The notes beneath the pieces are model-generated. The model was not told where the DNA came from and ran no database searches. It saw only the letters and a program-made list of their open reading frames with translations. Below, one piece after another: positions 1 to 11,863 of a stretch of 64,000 bases of DNA. The DNA is taken from NCBI GenBank assembly GCA_051313645.2, contig JBNRSN020000004.1, positions 55,738,001-55,802,000 on the forward strand. The letters are read 5' to 3'. Source of the stretch: Centroscyllium fabricii (lineage: Eukaryota). Position 1 is the first letter of the stretch. Every line of letters starts with the position of its first letter. The translations under genes and the position numbers were made by a program.

Positions 1-1050
1 CCTTCAGGAGACACACTGTGGAAAAGGAGACATCCTCGGATTGCCCGGGTTCCACCTCGCCGGGTCCATCCTCAGTAGGCAGCATGGGATGGCAACCTTT
101 GTTAGGTCTGACCTCAGTTGGTCAGCCACTGGTCAATCTCCACCGGGCTCTGGTGTTGAGTGGCTGTCCACAAGAATACAGACAACAACGGTTGTGAACG
201 TGTACAAGCCCCCACCATCGGTACTGTCCACATCAGCCCTCCCGATTGCCCCGGCACCCGCCATCTACGCCGGGGATTTCAACTGCCAGCACACCGACTG
301 GGGATACACCCACACAACACCGGACGGTGAGACGCTGAGTGATTGGGCCTCCAACGCCAATGCCCAGCTCCTGTTTGACCCCAAAGAGCCACCAAGCTTC
401 TACTCCTCCAGATGGAACACCTTCACCAACCCAGACCTTGCCTTTGCTGTGTTCCACAGTAATGACCCGCTGCCAGAGAGAAGGGTCATTGACAGGTTCC
501 CCCGATCACACCACCGACCGTCCGTCATCGGAATTCCATCACTGGTGCAGCCGGTCGCGGGGAAACCTGTCAGAAGATGGAACTTCCGGAAGGCCAACTG
601 GCATGTATTTTCTGCCGAGACAGAGAGAGCATCTGCCAGTCTTCCGGACCCAGACAGCCCTGATGTAGATGCCGCATATGCAGCCTACTGTGAAGTGCTG
701 ATAGGGGCAGCGAAAAAATCAATCCCACGAGGCTACAACGCGAACTACATCCCAGGTTGGGATGAAGAGTGTAACCACCTGTTGTGGGCCCACCAACAGG
801 CTATTTCAAGAGTGGAAGTGGATGCAACGGCAACGACACTAGTTGAGAGGCTGGATGCCACCCGCAGGGCCAGATGGACGGAGGTCGTCGAGTCGATTGA
901 CTTCACCCACTCCAGCCGCAAGGCGTGGCAGACCATCAACCGGCTCTCAGGCAGAAACACGAAGCCTCCCAAGTGCCCGGTGACAGCAAATGCCATCGCA
1001 GCCCAGCTCCTGAAAAATGGCCACTTCCCAGAGGCAGATAAGGACTTCGC
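1..1050 (+). mobile_element. Vingi/Ingi-like non-LTR retrotransposon fragment: APE endonuclease plus linker, open frame, RT missing
   Basis: Frame reads LQETH...VYKPP...YAGDFN...SFYSSRWNTFTNPDL...FPRSHHRP...RRWNFRKANW...SIPRG...SSRKAW. These are APE motifs plus linker motifs I associate with Ingi/Vingi. The frame runs off the left edge. Confidence 0.75.
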
Positions 1051-1472
1051 CCGCTTGATTGGCACCCTATCCACCTCCTTAAACATTCACTCACTGCACT
1101 GTGGCTGCAGTATGTACCGTCTACAAGATGCACTGCAGCAACTCGCTAAGGCTTCTTTGGCAGCACCTCCCAAACTCTGACCTCTACCACCTAGAAGGCC
1201 AAGGGCAGCAAACACGTGGGAACACCACCAGCTCCAAGATCCCCTCCAAGTCACACACCATCCTGACTTGGAAATATATCGCCAATCCTTCTTCATCGCC
1301 GGGTCAAAATCCTGGAACTCCCTCCCTAACAGCACAGCAGGAGTACCTTCACCACACCAACTGCAGCGGTTCAAGAAGGCAGTTCACCACCACCTTCTCA
1401 AGGACAATTAGGGATGGGCAATAAATGCTGGCCTTGCCAGCGATATCCACATCTCATGAATGAATTAAAAAA
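1051..1472 (+). mobile_element. CR1-group (Zenon-like) LINE 3' fragment
   Basis: RLIGTLSTSLNIHSLH...YKMHCSNS...QRFKKAVHHHLLKDN* followed by 3' UTR gggatgggcaataaatgc...catctc and an A-rich tail. Same family as 11453, 23431, 25625 and 44258. Confidence 0.85.
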
Positions 1473-1635
1473 CAATGTTTCATATTTAAGAAGGAGAAAT
1501 GGAGGCCTGGGATAAGTGTATTTGTGAGCCTAAACATAAAAGAGAGCAGGAATGCTGAATTGCCTTTAGTTGACTAGGTTGAATTGGTGTCAAGAAAATG
1601 AAGGGTTGACACAAGTGTTGCCATCCTGACACAAG

Positions 1636-2441
1636 GGGGGGGGGCGATTTTCCTGGAGGTGTGGGAACCTGGCAGGGATTGGTCGGGGTGGGTTCCTGTC
1701 CCGTCCGCCAAGGACCTGGGAAGCCGACACAACTTTTGTTTAATTGATCAATTAAATCCCCACGTGCGGGGTGCCCCTGTTAATTGCAGCAGTCGAGTGG
1801 CCAATTCCGGAGCTCAAACGGCATTGCAGAAGGTTTTTAGACAGCTGCGGCAACTGTGTATATACAGTTCCCATGGAAACACTCCGCTGTGACATCACAG
1901 TGGAGTGGAACCAATGGGAAAGGCCAAGTGCTGTTGAGTGACAGGGGGGTGGGCGGGCTCCAAATCTTTGACAGCTAGACAGCGGCTGTCAGTAAATCTG
2001 GGAAGGTAAGATTTCTAAGTTTTTGCCACAGCTGGTATTGACCCAAGGGAGTGACTTACTCCTCCAGGGTGTTGAAGGCCTGGGAAGCATTTTGCTGTAG
2101 GTCCTTCAACACCTTGAAGGAGAAAGTCAGGAAGACCACTGTGATCCTGCTGGGTTTCACCAGCGGGGTTTTAGGATGGCGGGGTTAGGGTGGGAAGGGG
2201 TTGAAAGTTGCTAAGGGCCCTTAAAATGGCATTACACATGCCAATCAAGGGCCCTTAATGAGCTGAGCAACCATTCCCGCCGGCGGTCGGTGGGAAAGAT
2301 TCGGGGTGGGGAGACAGGGTGGCGGAAAACGCAAAAGCGGCCGGGATCCGGCGGGGGGCGGGGTCGCGAACCACTGGTTCCACTATTTTGCCGTCCGACC
2401 CGCTGAAAACCCCGCCTCACGGGGACTTGAACATTTTGGCC
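1636..2441. mobile_element. Non-autonomous PIF/Harbinger-like MITE, family A
   Basis: G-run/gatttt left terminus, degenerate attttggcc right terminus, AAG flanks. About 800 bp shared with the copies at 7151, 27692, 30628 and 44207. Confidence 0.7.
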
Positions 2442-2811
2442 AAGGTGTACTTGATCACATTATCTAAAAAATTCTACCTGTAGAATCACAGTAGTTGTGC
2501 CAGAGGAAAGAAGAATTCTTCACTCTCCCAGTTCATGGACATGAGAAAATTATCTGATGTATCCAGTTGCGTGCACTTTAATTTCAGCATTGTCTCAGAA
2601 TCGGTGGGCACAGTTTGGGAATATCACTGCCTTGTTTGTTTACAGTTGTGCAGAGAATAGGAAGCACTCGATTCACGCTTTGCTGGCAGAGTGGGTACAT
2701 TAACTGGGGTGTGGAAAGCAACAGATCGACTGCTCTGTGAACAAAGACCTCTGGAGTTAGCCACAGCCATTGTCTTCACTCAACCCTCTCCTCACTCTAA
2801 ATCCAGGCAAG

Positions 2812-3476
2812 CAATTCAATTCAATTCAATTCAATTCAAGTTTTATTGTCATTGCAGAGTACTAGTACAATACAACGAGACGAAGACTCGACTCTCCCGA
2901 GAGTAGTGCAAATAAATTACATGCAGATTGCATACAGTAAAGTACATTATCAGGCGTGCAGGTGCCGGAGTTTATTTTTAGAGTTCAGGAGGCTGACAGC
3001 CCTGGGGAAGAAGCTGTTCTGAAATCTAGTCGTGCGGGTGCGAATTGATCTGTAGCGTCTCCCGGAGGGCAGGGGGGCGAACAGACTGTGGCTGGGGTGT
3101 GTGGGGTCTTTAATAATGTTCAGAGACCTCCATAAGCAGCGTTTGAGGTAGATGCTTTCCATTGACGGTAGCTGGGTACCGGTGATTCGTTGGACAGTTT
3201 TGACTTCCCGCTGCAGGGTTTTTCGGTCTGAGATAGTGCAATTTCCATACCAGACAGTGATGCAGCTTGTCAGTATGCTTTCTATTGTGCAGCGGTAGAA
3301 GTTGGAGAGGATGCCGGATGACAGCCTGGCTTTCTTCAGCTTCCTTAGGAAGTACAGGCGCTGTTGGGCCTTCTTGACCAGAGAGGAGGTGTTTAGTGAC
3401 CAGGAGAGATCTTCCGAGATGTGGACCCCGAGGAACTTGAAGCTGGACACCCTTTCCACCTCAGCCCCTTGGATGA
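2812..3476 (-). mobile_element. Rex1/Babar LINE, 5'-truncated (RT C-terminus plus 3' tail)
   Basis: ORF 2950-3459 FKFLGVHISEDLSW...KAQQRLYFLRKL...IESILT...HPSHSLF...SGRRYRS...NSFFP. Tail caatgacaataaa followed by (ttgaa)n. Confidence 0.9.
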
Positions 3477-3883
3477 ATATATATAATAATAGTTAATGTA
3501 ATTTCAACAGTTTCTAAGAATCTATGTGTGTATCTAATAGTTAACATAGCTACACCAGTTTCTAAGAATCCAGTCAATCTGTGCTTCTCATTCCTAGCAT
3601 CCTGGTTCTACATTGTACAAAGGGATTATGAAGTACTAGTTATTTACTTTGCGTAACATTCTAACCAGTCTTCAACAAAACGTGTGGTGCATATTAGTTA
3701 CTCCTCACATGAAGACAGGAGTTGTGGAGTGCCTACTAATCAGTTATGCTGATGGGGTTGGATGAAGAGGGGTGGGAGGAGGCTTGTGTGGAGCATAAAC
3801 ACCGGCATGGATCAGTTTGGCTGTCTAGCCCGTTTCTGTGCTGTACATTCTGTATAATCACTGTTCATATAAAGGCAGGAATT

Positions 3884-5022
3884 AACATAGAAACATAAAA
3901 GATAGGAGCAGGAGTAGGCCATTCGGCCCCTTGAGCCTGCTCCGCCATTCAATGCGATCACGGCTGATCATTCACTTTCAGTACCCTGTCCCTGCCTTCT
4001 CCCCATATCCCTTGATCCCTTTAGCCTTAAGAAATATATCCAACTCCTTCTTGAATATATTTCATGAATTGGCCTCTACTGACTTCTGTGGTAGAGAATT
4101 CCACAGGTTCACCACGCTCTGGGTGAAGAAATTCCTCCTCATCTCTGTTCTAAATGGCTTACGCCTTATCCTTAGACTGTGACCCTTGGTTCTGGACTCC
4201 CCCTCCATCGGGAACATCCTTCCTGCATCTAGTCTGTCCAGTCCTGTTAGAATTTTATAAGTTTCGATGAGATCCCCTCTCATTCTTCTAAATCCAGCTA
4301 GTACAAGCCCAATCGACCTAATCTCTCCTCATACGTCATTCCTGCCATCCCAGGTATCAGCCTGGTGAATCTTCGCTGTAATCCTTCCATGGCAAGAACA
4401 TCCTTCCTTAGATAAGGTGACCAAAATTGCACACAATATTCAAGATGTGGTCTCACTAAGGCCTTGTACAACTGCAGCAAGACAGCCTTGTTCCTGTACT
4501 CAAACCCTCTCGCTTCAAAGGCCAACATACCATTTGCCTTGTTAACCACCTGCTGCACCTGCATGCTTACCTTCAGTGACTGGTGCACAAGGACACCCAG
4601 GTCTCGTTGCACTTCCCCTTCTCCTAATCTATTGTTGTTGAGATAATAATCTCCCTTCCTGTTTTTGCCACCAAAGTGGATAACTTCCCATTTATCCACA
4701 TTATACTGCATCTGCCATGCATCTGCCCAATCACCCAACCTATCCAAGTCATACAGGAGTTTCTCGGCATCCTTCTCACAGCACACACGCCCACCCAGCT
4801 TTGTGTCGGCTGCAAACTTGGAGATATTACATCTCGTTCCCTCGTCCAGATCATTAATATATATTGTGAATAGCAGGGGTCCTAGGACCGATCCCTGCCG
4901 TAGCCCACTAGTCACTGCCTGCCACTCAGAAAAAGACCCGTTTATTCCAACTCTTTGCTTTCTGTCTGCCAACCAGTTCTTTATCCAAGTCAATATCTTG
5001 CCCCCAATCCCATGTGCCTTAA
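3884..5022 (-). mobile_element. CR1 LINE 3' fragment (RT)
   Basis: QGSVLGP, SKFA(A)DTK, LVRPHLEY, RGDLIE and FFTQ motifs. 3' hairpin with (tttctatg)-type tail. Confidence 0.92.
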
Positions 5023-5795
5023 ACACAATCTTGGCTGACACTTCAATGTAGTACTGAGGGATGCGGTACCAGAGGTCCCGTCTTTCAAGTGGCATGTTAA
5101 ACTAAGGTTCTGTCTGCCTCTTAGAAACATAGAAACATAGAAACTAGGAGCAGGAGTAGGCCATTCGGCCCTTCGAGCCTGCTCTGCCATTCAATGAGAT
5201 CATGGCTGATCATCCAAACCCAGTACCCCACCCCTGCCCTCTCCCCATATCCCTCGATCCCTATCGAGCCTGCATCGACACATATCCCACCCTATCCCCG
5301 TAACCCCACATATTCAATCCCCCTAACACTAAGGGTCGATTTATCATGGCCAATCAACCTGACCCGCACATCTTTGGACTGTGGGAGGAAACCGGAGCAC
5401 CCGGAGGAAACCCACGCACACACGGGGAGAATGTGCAAACTCCACACAGATAGTCACCTGAGGCTGGATTTGAACCCGGGTCTCCAGTGCTGTGAGACAA
5501 CAGTGCTAACCACTATGCCACCGTGCCGCCCTTCATGCAGATGTACAAGATCCCATGCCATTATTCAGAGAGGAGATGGGGAGTTCTCTCAGTATTGCTC
5601 AACCAACATCATCAGAACAGAATTATTGGTTATTTACCTCATTGCTGTTTGTTGGTCCTTGCTGTGCACAAGTTGGCTGCCGTGTTTGCCTGCAAAACAA
5701 CAGTGAACAACACATCAAAAGTAATTCATTGGTTGTAAAATACTTTGGGACATTGAGGATATGCAAGACACTATATCAATGCAAATTTGTGTTAT
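5023..5795 (+). mobile_element. Old DeuSINE (SacSINE1/AmnSINE-like) with L2-type tail, interrupted by a V-SINE
   Basis: Deu-domain-like agtactgaggga...ccgtctttc...gttaaac...tctgcc...aagatcccatg, then an L2-type tail (cattggttgtaaaatactttgggaca...aatgcaa). Confidence 0.65.
5122..5531 (-). mobile_element. HE1-like V-SINE, full length
   Basis: tRNA-like A/B boxes (tggcatagtgg, ggttcaaatcc), V-domain gtgtggagtttgcacattctccccgtg..., CR1-derived tail ending (tttctatg)n. Confidence 0.9.
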
Positions 5796-6128
5796 TTGCT
5801 TTTCTATCTATATGAATATATTTGTGCAATGTAGTATAATCAAGTGAGTGCCTAAATATTCTGAATTTCATTAACTATTTGCGGTAGTAAAGACTGCTGC
5901 AGATTGAATTTGAGATCAATGCTCAAAAACTTAACAAAGTTTTTCATTTGCCTTCAAACTGCAGAACACAACTGTTATCCACAGCGTCACGAAACATTGT
6001 TTTGGTCACAAAAATACAGAACCGTGGCAAGAATTTTAATTTTCATTGCAGAAACTCACACCTAATTCTGCTACAAGGCAATTCCCTTTAATTTGCCTCA
6101 AGTCATTCCCCTGCCTTTATTTCTATAA

Positions 6129-6249
6129 TGTGGAGGTGCCGGTGTTGGACTGGGGTGGACAATTGTAAGAAGTCACACAACACCAGGTTATAGTCCAACA
6201 GTTTTATTTGAAATCACAAGCTTTCGGAGCATAGCTCCTTCCTCAGGTG
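6129..6249 (-). mobile_element. Penelope-like element terminal repeat remnant
   Basis: Near-identical to 12721-12845 and 56612-56922. Contains a hammerhead motif and AATAAA. Confidence 0.8.
6214..6249 (-). ncRNA. Minimal type I hammerhead ribozyme motif
   Basis: Minus strand reads CAC-CUGAGGA-A-GGAGC UAU GCUCC-GAAA-GC-UU-GUG: CUGANGA and GAAA core, stems I and II, palindromic AAGCUU at stem III. Confidence 0.7.
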
Positions 6250-7150
6250 TATTTCTATAGGATGCAATAGCAGGCGTGGGGGGGGAGGGGGGGCGGGGGC
6301 GGTGGTGGCGGAAAGAAGCGATAAGGGAGAAAAAATTAAGGCAACTGAAGGAGGAAAAATAAATGACAGAAAACCAAAACCACTGAATGCCTGTAAGCTG
6401 CCAATTTCATCTGCTTTTCAATTGAAATGGTATTTGAATAGTTTATTACAAGGCACCTTGGTGGCATTGTGTGGGATACTGACATGTGAATGAGGATTGG
6501 CCCAATGAGGGTTTGTCTTTGTATTACCCATAAGATGAGTTTCCGGTCCAGCTGAGTTTTAGTGGAGATGGGCTCATGCAGAGTCAAGGCATTTTCACAG
6601 AGTAAGAGATGATATTCAGAGGTTAACTCAACCCATGTGTTCCATACAAGCTATTGAGCAGCTGGCTCTAAAGTAATATTAGCAGAGGGCTGGGAACAGA
6701 TTTCATCCAGGCATTCCCACCTAGTAACGATATCTGGCACAGAGATATCATATCGAAAATAAACAGAGGGGAAACATAATTTACAAGTTGAAATAAAATA
6801 AATGAATAGCCATTCAAGATGAAGGTCTCTACCCAAACATTCACTGATTGGATTCCCTGCTGGGCCTGCTGTATAGTTACAGCATTTTCTGTTTTGATTT
6901 CAGATTTATAGCATTTGGAAATGTTTTATTTTTAAGAAATTATACAATTCATTAAATTGTAAAAATGCCACGAGATGTAATGAGAGATTTGTTTTCTCCC
7001 TTGCTTTTAAAGCAAGGCAAGTTTACGCATGTCTGGAAAGAAGATGCTTCACAACTAACATACAGCAGACCAGTTAATCAGAACTAAGATGCAATGATGG
7101 GACTTGTGATGGAAGCAGAGTTCTGTGGTGCCTTTAAGAAGAAAGTGTAT

Positions 7151-8456
7151 GGGGAGGATTTTCACAAAGGTGTGGAAAACTGGCGGGTTTTGGGTGGATC
7201 AGATTTCTGACATGAATGTTCAAGGTCCTGGGAGCCCCATGCAATTTTGGCTTAATTGGCCAATTAATTGCCCACGTGTCAGAGCCCCTACCAATTGACT
7301 GATTCCAGTCAGAAAGCGGCGGTGCTGCAGCTGACAGCCGGAGGTTTGATTGACAGGGCTGAGGACTGTGTGTTGTTAGTTTCTATGGAAACAGTGCATT
7401 GTGACATCACACTGGAGTGCACAATGGAGTGCAAGCAATCTCAAAGCCCAAGTGGGTTCAGTGACAGGTCTAAGGACTCGCTGGAAAGCTCTCACAGTTA
7501 GGGGCCGTCTCTCTGTGAAGCATTTCCATTCATCTGTCAGGTAAGTTTGTGAAAGGCTTTTTCCACAACTGCTCTTCAGACAAGGGAGTCACTTACAGGT
7601 GTTGAAGGCCTGGAAGGTATTCTGCTACAGGTGCTTCAATGCCTTGAAGGTGTCATCCGGCATCCTCTCCAACTTCTACCGCTGCACAATCAAAAGCATA
7701 CTGACAAGCTGCATCACAGTCTGGTATGGAAATTGCACCATCTCGGACCGGAAGACCCTGCAGCGGGTAGTAAAAACTGCCCAACGAATCACCGGTACCC
7801 AGCTACCATCAATGGAAAGCATCTACCTCAAAGGCTGCCTAAGGAGGTCTCTGAACTTTATTAAAGACCCCACACACCCCAGCCACAGTCTGTTCGCCCC
7901 CCTGCTCTCCGGGAGACGCTACAGATCAATTTGCACCTGCACGACTAGATTTAAGAACAGCTTCTTCCCCAGGGCTGTCAGCCTCTTGAACTCTAAAAAT
8001 AAACTCCGGTACCTGCACACCTGAAAATGTACTTTACTGTATGCAATTTGCATATAATTTATTTGCACTACTCTCGGGAGCGTCAAGTCTTCGTCTCGTT
8101 GTATTGTACTAGTACTCTGCAATGACAATAAAACTTGAATTGAATTGAATTGAATTGATTTGAAAGTGACCAAGCTGAATGTGATCCCGCTAGGTTTCAC
8201 CAGCGGGGTTTCAGGATGGTGGGGTATGGGTGGGAAGGGCTTCAAAATCATGAGGGGCCCTTAAAATGGGATTACCCATGACAATTAAGGGCCCCTAATG
8301 AGCACAATAATCAACCCCGCTGGTGGCGGGCGGGAAAGATTCGGACCGGCTAGACACGCCGGCCGAAATCTGCAAAGCGGTGGGGACCCCTGGTTTCGCG
8401 ATTTTAAGCCCCGCCCACCAGAAATGGGCACTCACAGCCCTCCAAAAATCCCCCCC
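7151..8456. mobile_element. Family A MITE interrupted by Rex1
   Basis: Termini ggggaggatttt...aaaatccccccc with TAT TSD on both sides. Homologous to 1636-2441. Confidence 0.75.
7652..8160 (+). mobile_element. Rex1/Babar LINE 3' fragment
   Basis: Very similar to 2812-3330 in the opposite orientation. (ttgaa)n tail. Confidence 0.9.
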
Positions 8457-8647
8457 TATTTTTCATACCCTTTTTTTATGCGACCTGGGCTGTATTGGGT
8501 AATGCGTGTGTGATTGTAAAGAACTATTTTTAGAAGCTGTCTGGAGATTCACCAAGATACAAAAGCTTTGTTTGAAGAGGAGAGGTGAATTTGTGGTCCT
8601 AGAAGGGTAATAGGTCTTTTACTTTTGGACTCTTATCAGATATTACC

Positions 8648-8782
8648 GCCAAGAATTTCCTCAGCGGTTCTCCCAATTGGCCGCCATAAGTTTGGCGGAA
8701 ACCCCAGTTACAGATCTGCCCAGGGTTTCTGCCAAAGTCACGGCAGCCAATCAGGAGGACCCACCCCAAGGAAATTTCCGAC
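8648..8782. mobile_element. Small palindromic MITE (about 135 bp)
   Basis: Imperfect foldback aatttcct...tttggcggaaaccc / gggtttctgccaaa...aggaaattt. Confidence 0.55.
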
Positions 8783-9107
8783 ATTAAGAATGGTTTCTCT
8801 GAGGGGAGCTCAGTAGTCAAGAGCAATTGAAGCCTGAGACAGCCAAGAGACCACTGTTTAATACTTACCCACTTCAACACTAAGGGAGTGTTGTACCAGC
8901 AATGGTGCAATCCGTTGAGTGAACTGTTAAACCGAGTCTCCATTTGCCTGTTCTGGTGGTTCAGCTGGATGTTAACCTGAAAGTAATAGTCTAATGGTCT
9001 GATATTTAGTGAGTTTTAGAGTGAAGCAGAGAGCATTTTGGGCACCTTAAAGTACATAAACCGACAGTAGAAGAATCACTGTTAATCCTGTGGCATATTA
9101 TCCCATT

Positions 9108-9851
9108 GAACTGGATTTTGCCAGCCGAGATGAGTTGGGGGCAGGACTGCTGCCTTCCAGGTTCTAGTCCTGCCCCCAGTGAAGTCTGATGAATGCACGC
9201 TATTTTCCCTTGATTGGCCTTGTTAAGCCCACCAGACCTTGTTAAGCCCGCCACTAGCCAATTAAGGGAAAGCTGGTGACAGACTGTCAGCTTATGACGT
9301 TTCATCTGTCAAAAAAACTTTGACAGATGAATTGTCAGCATTTGACATCTCTGTTCTAAGGTGAGCCCTTGCACACAGGTTCACCAAGACTTCACTCCTC
9401 AGCAGAAAGCAGATGGCTGCAGCATCTGAGAATGCAGCAGCCATTCTGTCATCTCTCGTTGAGATGAGGCACCTCCAGATCCCCAAGGGTTGAAGCCTGC
9501 AGGAAGAAGCAAAGATAAGGAAACTTTTTCTAACACTTTACACTCACCTCTCACCCCTTTCACCTCTGCAGACCCAGTGCTCGCCTCACAGGCCCTAGTG
9601 AGGTTCGCAGCTGTTGGGAAGCCCGCAGCAGAAGGCTCAAAATGGGGAAAATCCTCAAAACTACCTGTTAACAGGCAGTTAATTGGCTCTCATCCCCTTC
9701 ACGCCTCGAGGAGACGAGTCCCTGCGTGAGTCGGGGACCTGCCTCCCAGGAAGATGGCACAGAGGCGGGTTGGGAGCGGGGTCGGTACCGCTCCCAGTTT
9801 CTGCCATTTTGCTGGCAGTCCCGCCTCCTCAAGGCTGGGTAAATTCCCCCC
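9108..9851. mobile_element. PIF/Harbinger-like MITE, family B
   Basis: Termini ggattttgcc...gtaaattcccccc. Homologous to the split copy at 30039-30518 plus 34305-34667. Confidence 0.65.
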
Positions 9852-10006
9852 AACGTATCCCTAAGGATAAAAGTTTTAACTCCAAGGAGATTCAGATGTA
9901 TTGATTAAAATCTTCCATTTTGCTGTTAACATGAGTTAAAGCATTAAGAGGAAGGCCATAATCATAACAGCACTCATCAACTGCCTGGATAGATTGCAAA
10001 CAATAT

Positions 10007-10160
10007 GGCTGAGAATTCTCTTGGAGCTGCACCTGCTCGCCGTCGTAACCTAGTCAGAAGCACAGCAGAAATCCAATTTACACGCATAAACAGGGTTTCC
10101 GATGCACTCTCTGCGAAGTTACGGTGATGGACAGGGAGCCGCTCCGAGAAAATAGCCAGT
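10007..10160. mobile_element. Small palindromic MITE (about 150 bp)
   Basis: Imperfect foldback ttctcttggagc...cgtaac...gaaatcc / gggtttc...gttacg...gctccgagaa. Confidence 0.5.
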
Positions 10161-10427
10161 CTATAAAGACCCCTCAATGCATCAACCCAGTTGTAGGGTA
10201 TGCAATTGGTGTGCTGGTGTAAAGAAAGTAAGGCATACAAAGAGTTATTTTACTGATGGGACCTTTCACATTATTTTGGATGGCAGGAGTGAATGAGAAA
10301 ATAAAAGGCTCTCTACTGGTTGGAAGGGCAACTCAGCACTAACTAAAGGGGTGGGTGGCAATCACAATCAAAGTGGTCCAAACAACTTGTCACGTTTGAA
10401 TGGAGGTGTGGGGAAAAGGCATCAAAC

Positions 10428-10824
10428 AAACATAGAAGATAGGAGCAGGAGTAGGCCATTCGGCCCTTCGAGCCTGCTCCGCCATTCAATGAGATCATGG
10501 CTGATCATCCAAACCCAGCACCCCGTCCCTGCCCTCTCCCCACATCCCTCGATCCCCATCGAGCCTGCACCGACACATATCCCACCCTATCCCCGCAACC
10601 CACATATTCAATCCCCCTAACACTAAGGGTCAATTTATCATGGCCATTCAACCTAACCCGCACATCTTTGGACTGTGGGAGGAAACCGGAGCACCCGGAG
10701 AAAACCCACGCAGACACGGGGAAAATGTGCAAACTCCACACAGATAGTACCCGAGGCTGGATTTGATCCCGGGTCTCCAGTGCTGTAAGGCAACAGTGCT
10801 AACCACTATGCCACCATGCCACCC
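10428..10824 (-). mobile_element. HE1-like V-SINE
   Basis: Same head, V-domain and CR1 tail as 5122-5531. Confidence 0.9.
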
Positions 10825-11030
10825 AAATTGAAGAAGAAAGCCAAGGTAAAATATCAATGACATTACATTGCTAGGTATGATATAGCTGCCAACTATATTA
10901 CATTGGCTGAAATATTTATCCAAGGAGGTTGCAGACATTAACCATATTTACCTGTTTAGTTATACATAACAATATTATTGAGTTAAATTTAAACTTTAAC
11001 CTGCTGTAAGTAAAGTAGAAAAGAGATACT

Positions 11031-11153
11031 GGGGTAAGTTTGACTTTCTATGATAGCTCGTTTCACATCTCCTGATCTTTTGTTAGATGTGAAATGGGCT
11101 GCCGATACGCTATCACCTGTTTTACACTATCGCACAAAGTCAAAATTACTCCC
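11031..11153. mobile_element. Small palindromic MITE (about 120 bp)
   Basis: TIR ggggtaagtttgacttt / aaagtcaaaattactccc. Internal hairpin tttcacatct/agatgtgaaa. Confidence 0.6.
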
Positions 11154-11452
11154 ATTGAGGATATTTCAGATCTCAAACAATAGAGTAGAAATTGCAGAAC
11201 TCCTCATCAGCAGCGGAATAAGATTGTTCACCAAATATCTGTAGGCGCTGATTAAAAATGGACAAAACAATACTCTGCTTCAGAGGTCGTGTAACAGACC
11301 TGCTGCAGAGTTCAGCAAGGCATTCTTCTTATAACCAGCATCAACGCTGGGACGCTGGCATCTCTCCACAGTGCTTTAGCACCAAACCTAACTGGTTAAA
11401 AAATAGCAATGTGGGAATGAAGCAAATGCGGAGTAAACGTTCGTGTTCTTTG

Positions 11453-11863
11453 TTTTTTTAAATTTGTTTATGGGATGTGGGCATCACTGGCAAGGCCAGC
11501 ATTTATTGCCCATCCCTAATTGCCCTCGAGAAGGTGGTGATGAGCTGCCTTCTTGAACCGCTGCAGTCCGTGTGGTGAAGGTACTCCCACAGTGCTGTTA
11601 GGTAGAGAGTTCCAGGTTTTAACCCAGCGACAATGAAGGATCGGCATTATACTTCTACGTCAGGATGGTGTGTGACTTGGAGGGGAACTTGGAGAGGTGG
11701 CGGTGTTCCCAAGCACCTGCTGCCCTTGTCTTTCCAGGTGGTGAAGGTCACGGGTTTGGGAGGTGCTGCCTAAGAAGCCTTGGTGAGTTGCTGCAGTGCA
11801 TCTTGTAGATGGTACACACTGCAGCCACGGTACGCCGATGGTGGAGGGAGTGAATGTTTAAGG
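11453..11863 (-). mobile_element. CR1-group (Zenon-like) LINE 3' fragment
   Basis: Reverse-complement homolog of 1051-1472, including the 3' UTR. Confidence 0.85.

Noticed and set aside
3488-3571. Short imperfect tandem duplication (aatagttaa...cagtttctaagaatc)
   Set aside because: Only two copies beside a Rex1 truncation point, with no evidence of function.
6815-6930. Additional Penelope-type hammerhead
   Set aside because: It resembles a Penelope terminus, but the core is degenerate (aagatga, caaa), so it is not called as a ribozyme.
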